Below are positions 52,741 to 64,000 of a stretch of 64,000 nucleotides of DNA, piece by piece (within the stretch, counting starts at the first letter, position 1; each line of letters begins with the position of its first letter). A program made the translations under genes and the position numbers. Origin of the DNA: Felis catus (Eukaryota); contig NC_058368.1 in assembly GCF_018350175.1 (NCBI RefSeq), positions 58,840,001-58,904,000 of the forward strand, written 5' to 3'. The notes beneath the pieces were generated by a model. It was given only the letters and a program-made list of their open reading frames with translations, did not search any database and was not told the DNA's origin.

Positions 52741-53078
52741 TTTTTGGTTCTGTTAAAAGAATCAGAGCATAATGATCATGGATACTTTTTCTTTTGACAA
52801 TAAGATACAATTTAATAAAGGAACATCACCTTTGTATACAGAAGAATATAAAATTTCTCAACTTTTGGCAATAACATCTTGTACATGAGAAGGACATTTG
52901 CATATATTCATCAAGAATAATCACTGAGGAATGCAAATTATTTTACCTGTTTAACCCTATAATTGTAATATGTAGCCATTTTTCCAAATATGTAAATATC
53001 ATGTAATACCATGTAAATATCATAACCATGAATATAATATATCTCTCTATCTCTATCTATCTCCATGTCTATATACAT

Positions 53079-53195
53079 TTATGCTTTAAGATCATCTATA
53101 TGGAGATGATCTCCATATAGTGGGATGAAAGTAATAATTTTACCAACCTAACAATGATTAGTTGACACTGAAATTTAAGTAGCAAACTTTACAGT
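53079..53195 (+). repeat. Copy 1 of a diverged 117-bp direct repeat
   Basis: Ungapped match to 54451-54567; 94/117 identical by manual count. Confidence 0.85.
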
Positions 53196-53606
53196 GAAAA
53201 GTCTATATGTCTTAGAGGGAGTTTATATGATAGATACAATATTTTATAAAGTCATGCATAAGTGGTTTAGGAAACTTGCCTTTTGCATTGACTCTTTAAT
53301 AAAAAAGGTTAATTTGTTATTTAAATCTTAAGTTTCTTTCATGGTCAATTTGCTCTGAGAGCAAAGGTATAAAACTAATAATGGAATTGCTTTATTCTAA
53401 GAGAGCTTTTACAATCATTCTTCCTGTTTTTGATTTGAAATCTGTTGACACAAAGGAACTCTCTGATACCTTTATTTAACCTGGCAAAACCTAAGCAAAA
53501 CAAAACAAAAGCTTTCTCTTGGAAGCTTGGATTAGAAATTCTCTGTCTTCATGTAAAGTGTATTTGTGATTTCATAAAGTTCCTTACTTCAAATGGATAA
53601 CTAAAC

Positions 53607-53713
53607 ATATATATATATATATGTATATATGTATACATGTATGTATACATACATGTCTATGTATATATACACACACATATATATACATACATATGTATAT
53701 GTATACATATATA
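53607..53713. repeat. Mixed (TA/TG/CA)n tract
   Basis: Seen directly. Confidence 0.9.
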
Positions 53714-54450
53714 CAACTAAAAAATGTTGATTAATGTTTTACAATGAATAATGAGCAGTAGCAAGAGACAAGGTCCAGTGTAATAATGGTAGACTGGGAG
53801 TTACTTTGATGGTAAAGACTCCTCTAGGGAAAGCTATTATCTACTTGGTATTTTTTCTCTGTTACTATAGAGTGAGCTGCACATAGGAAACACTCAAATA
53901 AGTAGTTATTCAAGTTGAATAGTTTCTTTGTCTTTCTCACTACCGTGTAATCTTAGGACACTTACTATTCCTAGGGATGCATATACATTATATTTTTAAA
54001 ATTTTTGTCTATATAACAAAAACTAATGCTAAAGATCAAGACTGAAAATTTTAAAAACTTGATTCCCTGGGTTTTTCCAAATATTGTTGTTTGGCAGTTA
54101 TTATAATACAACCTGTGTGACCAGATCACTTTGTTACCAGATGATTAACAATAATGCCAGGCAAATACCACTGAATCAAATAAGCATGATAGATGCTCAG
54201 CTTGGTGGTTCACCTGCAGGAGATTTAAAATTTCTGGATGTCCTTCTACTGTCAATCACAGTTTGGACATCACTGACTATCCCTATTACCTACTGCTGTG
54301 TCATGAGGAATGTAACTTATTCAAACTGTTTTAATCTCGTAATTGTGATATTCACCCATTTTTACAAAACATGTCAGTTTCATTAAGTTCAATGTATTAT
54401 TTTAATAAAATAAAACTGTACATATCATGCATATATGTACATTTATTTAA

Positions 54451-54567
54451 TTATGCTTTAAAATCATCTACATAGAGATGATCTCCACATTGTGGAATGA
54501 AAGTAGCACATTTTCCAGTCTAGGCTTGATTAGTTGACATGGAAATCTAAATACCAAATTTTACAGT
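54451..54567 (+). repeat. Copy 2 of a diverged 117-bp direct repeat
   Basis: Ungapped match to 53079-53195. Confidence 0.85.
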
Positions 54568-56399
54568 CATTTGGAGAGTAATAATTTTTTTTTGTTACAA
54601 TTGGATCTATATTCTGTAAAGAAAATAATTGACAATGAAACACATGTTCATTGAGAAATGGAAGTGCATAGTTCAAGAAGTGACTCAGGAATTATTCTAT
54701 TTTGCATTATTTTTACTTGATAACAATGGAATTAACATAAAAAGACAGTTACTGAACTATTACTATCATCACTGGAGTATTAGTATTAAACAAGAAAGTG
54801 AATAAATCATTAATGGCAAGTTTCACTCGATAATGTTGGCTGTTTTTTTTAAACAGGAATCTTGATGAAAACTCCAAAAAAAATAAGGAATATTGCATTT
54901 TGGTATATAACATTTTAAAGAGTATAACATAACATAGAGAAAAAGCTTCTGAGTTGTAAATAATTCACTTAGATACACGGAGTCATTCCTTCAAAATCTA
55001 TATTCAATGTACAAAAAATGCATTTATCCCTTACTTGCATATCTACATGGAGATAAATATGGATATTTATTAATATAATTATCCTTTTGATGATTTTACT
55101 GTATACATCTCACCTATATTAATCTTTAATCTTTCCTCTGAAATAATTGAGGCTTCCTTATGACTGTTCAATATTGTATATTTCCCATATAATATTACAT
55201 GTTTAAGAAAATAAGGGCAATATCATTTATAACTTTCATGTTTCCCAATATTGTAATAGGACATAGACCATTGTGATATATAATAAATAATACCAATGAA
55301 ATATCAACAGCAATAAAATTCTAATAAAAATTAATACCTAATAATCAAATGACTGTTTAAGTGGACAGATATCCTTTGTTGTTTCTTGGGGGTAGGGGAA
55401 GGAAAGGGAGTTGACAATTAATTTCAAATTAATTTTGGATGTATCATACGGGATTTTCCTAGGCAGTCTAAAATTTCAAGCCTCATAAAACACTCATTTG
55501 AACTATATAAAGACTTTCAATTCCCTCCCCCTCAAAGAGTATTAAATTTGAAGTCACATGATACAGTAAGACAAATACTCCTCAAATATTTGTATTCTTT
55601 TCTTTGATTATGATCAGAAGGGCATTTATAAAAAGTATTTCCTCATTTTTATTTGCAACTCCAACCTCCTACAACTTAGGAAACTGATTTTTAGAAACCT
55701 CACAGCTTTAAACAGTTGTTTAGCAGTAAAACAATTTTAAAAACATAGCTTAACTATCTTAAAAAAGGAAGCAATTCAAAATAGCACTTACCTGCTTTTC
55801 CTTTCCATACATAGAAATACATGTCTTCCACAAAAATATTACAAATTTTTGATACTAGTAGAAATCACTGTTTAATAATTCTTGGTTTGAGGGAAGATGA
55901 AAAACTGAAAGCAAGAGTTTTTAATCTAAAACTAATCTTGAATATTTGTATAATATTGTTAAGAACTAAGGGAATCATTCCTAACACCTCCTTTGGTTCA
56001 GAGCTTTTTTACTCTTTTAGTTCCCTCTAGTGGATATTTTTAAAAATTCTTAACAACTTTAAAAGCTGCAGAGAGCATGCTCTGTTGAATTCTTACTTTA
56101 AACATGTAGATTATGTATGTAGTTGTTCCATTGCTGGCCTGTAACAATTATCATGATGTGTTAACGGTATATTTTAAGAAACATTTGACCAAATTTGAGC
56201 ATGATTAGAAGCAAAGTATTACAGAACATATTGTTTGTAAGAATAACTGACAATCTCCATTGTTTTTATTACCCATCATATTCTTAAAAGGGTTTATAAA
56301 TGTTCCTCAATTAAACAACAACAAAAAACATGCTACAGCTATTTATTAGTGTCCAACTATCTTTTTAAAATTTTTTTTATCTTTAGATATTAAATTACT

Positions 56400-56625
56400 A
56401 CTACTAATAATAAATAGTAGTATGTATGTATGTATAATTGTGAGCTCTCATCATGTTTATAACTAGTGTGATCACTCTACACATAGTAACATATTTATTC
56501 TTAGAACAAATCTATGTGACAAGTGCTTTTGGAATGAGGAAATTGGTGCATAAAAGTAATATACACAATGTTACAGAACTAGTAAAGGCAGAGTCTAGAC
56601 TTCAACCTATCTATTCTGACTTCAG
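56400..56625 (-). mobile_element. MIR fragment
   Basis: atgaggaaattg...acagaactagtaaaggcagagtctagacttcaacc. Confidence 0.55.
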
Positions 56626-57739
56626 AATTTGTTTGTTCAGCAGAGAAAATTGCTAGTCAGGGCAAATATTCTCATAAGCGGACATAATTTGTAATAAGAT
56701 AAGATTTTAGTCTTATATATAATAGGAATAAATTAAAAAAGAATTTGTTTTTGAATTAAAAATACTTTTTCTAAAACATATTTCATTCAATACATAAGCA
56801 TTAATGACAATTGTGGGCAAAGAATTGCATTGGTTGAAAACACAAACATGAACTTTTTATATGCATACATATATATGATTCGCACATAGATATACCTGAA
56901 GAACTGTATAATTGATCAAGTGATCTATATCTATATTGATACCGATATAGATATAGATATCCTCATCATACTACATTATACTAACCACCTATACTTCTTT
57001 GTCCTTCTAAGTCAATGAGTACCAAGCTTCTACAAAGATTGACATTTAGAGGAAATCAATTTGTCACATCTTACTCCACTTACTTTAGGGTTGCCTGAGG
57101 GAAGAGGGAAGAGCCTATTGTGCAATATATAAGTCCAGAAGCCCTTTGGATCAGATTCATGTTGCATGCTCCACATCCGATGAACTCTGTAGTCTCCCTG
57201 ACCTAAAGTGGACCCCACTGCCTGCCCTAAAGTGGACCCCAGACACCCCACATAAGATTCCTCAAATGGATACATAATCTCTCCTTCATAATAGACATGT
57301 CTCCCTCCATCTCCCCAATGTACCCTCGCCCATAATAGACACAAGTATTTTAGATGTGGAAGGTGTGTGTATGTACTAATGATGCGAGTGGACATTCACC
57401 AAACCCCTGGATTATCTAAAGAACAAGTGGGGACAGGAGTGAGATATGAGAGAATATGCCACTAGGCATGGCAAGGGGCTATGTTATTCTGATTACCCGG
57501 TTCTTCCTTCTCACAACAAACAAAACAACATAATACTGCTTATCATCCGACTTGATTTTGCTATTCTTTCTTAAAGTGTTAAGGTATTATATTCCACATA
57601 TTTTTTAGAAGCTCAGAGTCATCATTGTGGATATTAGTTATACAGTCACTCATTTAATAAATATTACTTGAATTCTAAATGTAACGATATTATTAAGAAC
57701 CTTAATAAATATATATTAATATTTTTAAAAAAGAAATTA

Positions 57740-57950
57740 CGGTGCCAGGCACCTACTATATATTTCAATTAAAAAAAAAAAAAAACTCTTCACAACACCC
57801 TATAAGAGATTTAATATTGTTAACTTCACTTTACAGGTAAGGAAAGTGATAAATTAAGAATGAAAAATAACTTGGTGAGGGTCGCACAGCTCGTAAATAA
57901 CTAGCTTTCTGGTCTGGCTGAGTGTAAGAATCATGCTTCCCTGTATAAGG
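57740..57950 (-). mobile_element. MIR fragment
   Basis: gtgccaggcac...cacaacaccctataag...tttacaggtaaggaaagtga...ggtcgcacagct. Confidence 0.65.
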
Positions 57951-59559
57951 CAGTTCTAATAAAATATAAAATGCATTAGGTTTGAGTTATTTAATGTTTA
58001 AGGCTGAGACATTTAAGTAAAATATCAAGTGAAATATTAGCATAATATGAATTTTTAGGTTTTATAAAATACATTGTTGTTTTTTAAACATACCTTGAAG
58101 AAAAGACATCTTAATTAAAGACTTATAAAGAAGGTGTTATCTCAAGAAACTTAAGTTTAAAATCAAATGTCTAACTGGCTATAAATCATTCAGCAAAGAT
58201 GTGTACTGAAAAATACTTAATTTGTAGTTCAATATCTCCCTCTGCTGTTAGAAAACACTAATGAAAATTGTTTCAGCATATATACTTACATGGTAGACTA
58301 TGTTTATATATTAACACAATAAAATACATTAAAATATTCATAACCTTTCTTCATGTTTTAAAATTGTGAATCCTACATTACATTTAAGAAAACACTTCAT
58401 TTACTTGAAATGAAAATAGTAAATGCTAGACATTAAACTTACAGTGAATAATTTATATGATTAACTTTACTGAAATTTTATGTCTGTCGTATAGTTGTTT
58501 TGGGTATTCGTTTTACACAAGTATTACATGTGAGAGAATACCTGAAAACTCTTTCTGTGTTACCTCCAACAATTCTGGAATTCTCTTTCTTTTTTTTTTC
58601 TGTTACAAAATTGAAATTTAAGCAAAAAAGTATTTCCAATGTCACAGACTTCTAGGGTAATACAATACTGTAACTAAATATAATTTTCTCAATAGCTACA
58701 TTAGTAAATTAATAGAATATAAATACAGTATTAACCACAACTTTCCTAATCATGGATAAAGAAACACAAACACAAAGAGCCCAATCATAAAATACACACA
58801 TAAAAATATTACATTATTACCAACAATTTTCTTCTTAATATGAGAACATAGCATAGATATTAAAAAGAACATATCATTTTTGTATTTGCTAAGAATAATG
58901 TTTTTAGAAGCCGTTTCCTAAAATTATATTTGGTGGTAGATATTATTACATGGCTATCTTTTAAAACTCTATTGTTTATGACAATCAAAAATAATAAAAA
59001 CTTGAAAATTATAATAAATGGAAAAATGAAGTACTTTTATCAAAGGAAAGAGAAAATATAAAAGCTAAATTAATTCAGATAAATCCAGGATAAAAAAAAC
59101 CATAAAGTGCTTTGTAGTGCAATGAAATAAATGTTAAAATGAAATTAATACATTATTTATAGAAATAACAAGTTTAATGATTTAACATAAAAGGGCTAAA
59201 AATACAACTGTTTGCTCCCATTTTTACATCTAGTTATATATTCCCTGACATCTTTGTAAAAATTGTTGTTCCTTTGAGGCCAAAGGTCACTAACTATCCC
59301 ATACTCTTCCTAAAAACCTTCTGGAATGCAACTAATCTCCCAGAGATTCACCATGTTTTCAATCTAGAGAAACAGAAACTGACTCACCGTCTTCCTCTCC
59401 ACTTTAAATCATTATACTGATGGCAATCACTATTCTACCTGCAGACCTCTGATTCTAATTTCTTCAGCTATTCATTTCCATGACCACACATGGTTGTTTG
59501 TCATGACCCAAAATGTTCTATTTTTAATCTCTGAATTCAAGCACAACACTCCTTGGTGA

Positions 59560-59745
59560 TTGATGGTAAATATTTCACATCAAGTTTTCTTGGTGGGGTG
59601 GGAGGGACCTTCATATACACGCTATTTGCCACTTTTTGTGATGTAAATACCTCCACAACAGCTAGTTGCAAGATAATAATGTGCTATTATTTGATGTAGA
59701 GTGACAAAAAGAAGCACACAATCACACTAGTCAGTGTATTCCAAC
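59560..59745. mobile_element. hAT DNA transposon relic (MER63-like)
   Basis: ttgccactttttgtgatgtaaatacctccac resembles the MER63 consensus as I recall it. Confidence 0.45.
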
Positions 59746-60605
59746 AAAGTGCCAAGTTACATGAGAACAGTCAATCAGTAGTGATATACTTTTCTGGATG
59801 TGATCTGGAAGAGGTCATACATCTGTAATACTTGTATCCCTACATGTAACTATGTCCATGCCATGGGAGGGTAATAGATATACTAGCTTAATACCTATGC
59901 TTGCACATTTGCTTGTGGTTTTCAAGAAATAGCAATGTTCTCCTGCACAGTTTAAATTTCTGCCTGTATCTTTGTTATATGAGAAAAGAACTATCCATTG
60001 CTGTTGTCGTTGAATTTAGCTAGTCATATACATTTTTCGCATATGGATGGGAATTATAATCAAATTACACAGTTAACATTTGTGATAAAAATGAATTCAA
60101 TATTATAAATTCATTTGGAGAACATAAACATTCATATATTGAGTCTGCTTTCCATCCTGGAATATGGTATATGTGTCCATTTATTCTTGCAATTAAAAAA
60201 ATTATTCATTATGGTATTACAATTATATCCATATATTCAAAGTGCTAAGTGTTTTATCTTTAATTTACTGAACTCTCTTTGTAATTCTAGTTTTAGTAAT
60301 ATTTTCAGTTTATGTCTATATTTTTATTTCATTTCAAAAGTTTATTTTATAAAATTAAGTACAACCTTGAGTTGGCTTGGTGTTTCAGAGGTACAAAGTA
60401 GTACAAAAACACAATTATATTCTTTGATGCTAGACTTGTACAAAAATATATTATTATACTTTTAATAAAATTAATTATTTAATTTTATGAGTGCAGTTTA
60501 TGACAAAATGTTAACCAACTTTCTTTTCTATGCTCTTTAATATGCCTTAAAAGCAATATCAAAGTATCAAAATGATTGGATACGTATTAAGAAATTTAAT
60601 ATGTT

Positions 60606-60831
60606 TTTTTTTGTTTTTTGGTTTTTGTCTTTTGCTTTAGAAAGGGAGAGAGCACACCCAGGAGTGCAGGAGAGGGGCAGAAGGAGAGAGAAAGAGAGGG
60701 AGAGGGAGAGGGAGGAAGAGAGTGTGTGTCTTAAGCAGGCTCCAGGCTCAGAGCCCGATCCTATGAGCCTGGGATCATGACCTGAGCTGAAGCTGAGAGT
60801 CAGACACTTAACTGAGCCACTCAGGCATACC
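60606..60831 (-). mobile_element. Can-SINE
   Basis: TSD taatatgtt at 60597-60605 and 60832-60840. Confidence 0.9.
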
Positions 60832-62759
60832 TAATATGTTCTCTAAAAAGCATCTGTAGAATAGACATATGCAGTATTTGTAGGAAAAGGACAAAGACGT
60901 ATTTCCTACACATATGAAAACAGTCTATTTAGTTTATATAAGAGATAATAAGTTGCCAAAAAACATAGCAGTTGTCCATCTGTTCCTTAATGTAGAGTTT
61001 TATCCAAAACCCCCAGATAAATCTGAGTAGTTCTAAGTAATTCTAGCTTAGTGGCTTATTTCTTCACTTGAATGAATTTATCTAAGAGGAAATAGTATAA
61101 AAAAAGAAAAAACTTCCTTGGCAAGCTAAGTGATGTTGGTAAATTAACATCATCTTTGAACTACTTTGTTATTGCAAAGAGTGGTGGCAAATGAAGTTAA
61201 ACAATTATTTAAGAATAAATAACCCTACAAATTTATAATTATTTCAAAGTTTAAAAATCAGTGTCAACATCTTATCACCACATCACCATTAGACAACACA
61301 CACACACACACATACCCTTACCTAAAGATATGTACATCTATATCCCTTTAACTTTGGCATTATTTTGAGCATTGATTTTTCGAAAGCCAGATTGTTATAT
61401 TCACTACTGCTCTTTTTCCATAGCTTATTATATGGCAATAAAATTTATTTATTTATTTATGACATTATTTAAAAAATATTTATGGAGAACTTAATTATTG
61501 CCAGACCAATTGGAGCTATTGGATATAGTAATCAACATGAAAAAATATCCCTACCTTTCTAGATTACACCATATCAATAATAGTAGTAAGAAAAGAACTA
61601 TCAGCATTATACTTAATTACAATTGAAATGATGGCAAAGAGAAAAATTGTTTGATTTATAATATGGAAACAAAGTTGGATTTGAGCATTTAAGCAAGACT
61701 CCACATAGAATTGACATTTGTGCTAACACTTTCAGAAAAAATGATGAGTCAGAAAATGGCTTGATGCCATGTACAAATTTGTGAGAGAGGGATGATTGAT
61801 GTGAAAAAGATAAGATCGATTTGGGATTCTGGCAGTTGCAGTCCTCACTAATAAACATGGGAAGGAAACTAAGATAAGCCTATGACCTATGTACACTGAA
61901 GATGAAAGGGTTTCATATATTTCATCTCCTCCCAACAATATGGCCAAGTGTCTAACTGCAGATCCCTTTTCATGTTTTGTTCCCCACCCCCCCCCCCCCC
62001 TGCCCACCCTCGGAGCTGAAGTAGATGAAAACATGTAACGAATCAGTATCTAGAAAAGTGCATGAACACTATCATACATCTATAATATATATATAAAGAG
62101 ACATACAGACAGATGCAAACAGAGTTCTTATAGCTTTTGTTTTAAAATTTTAGCCATGAAACAGGCAAAATAGTGCAAAACTCAATAGCTTACAAAAGAA
62201 CTGTTGGATCCAATTCATGTTTCCATGGACAGAGTAAGTTAAGGTTACTTGATGACTTAAACTTTTTACTTACTATTTGTGGAGAAGACTTTTAAGATTT
62301 TTCATCTGCCTGGTTTCCAAATAGTCTTCGCCCCCAGTGCTTTTTTCCACTTCAGATAAGAATTATCTCCATTTTTGCATTTATAGAGAAGGCTCTGAGT
62401 TCCTAGAAAATATTGAGAGAATTTACATCTCAAAGCCACAGATAAAGAATGAATGCAAGTTCTTCCAAGAAAGGCTTTTTATTGCCTGAGTCCAGAATTT
62501 TTATAGTACATATAAGCCTTTTGAGATAAATGGAAAAGGTTTGGGGATTAGTAAACAGAATAAGTGGGCTTTTTCCATTCTTGTAAAGACTCAATTTGTC
62601 AAAAGAGTTGTACAAGTTGGTCTCAATTTTTAAGACAAGTGTTTTTAATTCCTCAAATAATTGGGTTGCACTCTGAAATGCATTCAACTATATTATCTTC
62701 AAATTGCTTCTTTGTATCAGGGAGAAGATCTTTAACTAAGATGGAAATCGGAAGATATC

Positions 62760-63262
62760 TGTGAGAAATAAGCCCACTGACCCAATTTAAGGAGGGGCAC
62801 AGAGATTCTGAGTATAGTGAAGTTTGGCTTTAATCAATGTTCTTGTGAAAGTGGGTATTTAGTGCACAAGGACACTCAGGGCAGTTACAGCAGACAATTT
62901 ATCTCAGTGTCTAACTCCCTCCCTGATTCCTCACTGGCTGAGTACTACGGAGGTTACAGCCTTACCAGGAAATCTGCTATGCCCACATAAGGCAAAAAGT
63001 AGTCTGATTGGAACAAATTGAAACTAACAGTCCTTGAGGTGACTCAGAGACTTCAGTTCTTTGGCACATGCTCATTGCAAAGCCCATGGAAAAATAAGCC
63101 CCTGAAAAGGAGAGGGGGAGAAGAGCCAGTAAGTGAAGTGTCTAAGGGTTTGGGACTCCATTGTAGGGAGTGGGGGTCTGTACCTATTTCCAATAGGTTG
63201 TAAGCTTTTTGTTAACTAGACTAGGTATTTCTGAAAATGAATCATCTATCTTACTTCTCACA
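62760..63262 (-). mobile_element. Solo LTR (503 bp)
   Basis: Terminal inverted repeat TGTGAGAA...TTCTCACA; TSD ATATC at 62755-62759 and 63263-63267; minus-strand ATTAAA near 62830. Confidence 0.87.
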
Positions 63263-63660
63263 ATATCTACCTTCCTGATTTGGAGCTGTTTGACTTTGGA
63301 ATGTTTTTTCTTTCTTTCTGTGTACATAGTTTCATTTTAGTTTGGGGGAAGAAGCCTTTTAAAAAGTTCCAATTAAGTTCCTAATATCAGCTTCCTAATT
63401 TGGCCAACTTCCTACCACAGATCTACTTAAAAAAATCCTTTCAAATATCTCGTCAGTTTTTAGCTAGGATAAACAGCAAATATTCCTGGTGATATTGAAT
63501 GATACCATGGGTGTAGAAAACATTCCACAAAGGGTGTAAAAGATACTACTCTCTCAAGATCTTCAGCCACTCCCAAAGATAGCTAAAAGAAAGACAGGCA
63601 ATTCACTTTAAAATTGGCAACATTCCATAGGGTCCTCACTGCAAATGGGGAAAAAGTTAC

Positions 63661-63849
63661 TTTTTTTTTAAGTTTATTTATTTATTTTGAGAGATATGGG
63701 AGATGGGCAGAGAGAGGGAGAGAGAGAGAATTCCAAGCAGGCCCTGCATCCTCAGTGCAGAGCCCAAAGTGGGACTCAAACTCACAAACCATGGCCTGAG
63801 CCTAAATCAAGAGCTGGATGCTTAACCCACTGAACCACGCAGGTGCCCC
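63661..63849 (-). mobile_element. Can-SINE
   Basis: Poly-T, gaattccaagcagg...aaatcaagagctggatgcttaac...caggtgcccc. Confidence 0.92.
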
Positions 63850-64000
63850 ACAATTCACATTTCTGTATGACCATATCTTTGGGCCCCCGACCTGATGGTT
63901 GTGCTGCCTGCATCTGCAGGAACTGACAGCCTGGGTGACCCAGGCAGGAAAAAAGCCAAACCAAATTCTTGACACACAAAACTTGATGAACAAGAAGGCC

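Larger units (their letters stand above)
62040..64000 (-). mobile_element. Probable degenerate ERV internal/leader sequence, running off the window
   Basis: General resemblance to class I ERV internal remnants; no intact retroviral ORF; interrupted by a solo LTR and a SINE. Confidence 0.4.

Noticed and set aside
57030..57395. 121-aa minus-strand ORF
   Set aside because: No recognisable domain or gene structure; the repeated GSTLGQ comes from a 24-bp duplication.
62430..62687. 85-aa ORF as a possible gag remnant
   Set aside because: No recognisable retroviral motif.
1..64000. CRISPR array, operon or other novel multi-gene system
   Set aside because: Mammalian gene-desert DNA with no repeat-spacer array and only one credible CDS.

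Overview
AT-rich mammalian DNA, almost certainly felid given the dense Can-SINEs and cat-type L1 3' ends. It holds one protein-coding gene, SLITRK6, on the minus strand. The gene has a non-coding exon 1 (~48465-48900), a 2349-bp intron and one coding exon (CDS 43569-46091, 840 aa), and its 3'UTR ends after a tandem AATAAA at 42367-42378. The rest is gene desert: 19 Can-SINEs, L1/L2/MIR fragments, two solo LTRs with 5-bp TSDs, a probable ERV internal remnant and microsatellites. I found no convincing novel biological system. The best leads are a Pumilio + miR-124 module in the 3'UTR, a uATG-rich leader, a diverged 117-bp upstream duplication carrying a perfect palindrome, a twin-primed inverted L1, a SINE-free zone over the gene and a DR0/NBRE motif. 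Repeat family names come from recognising consensus motifs, not from a database search.
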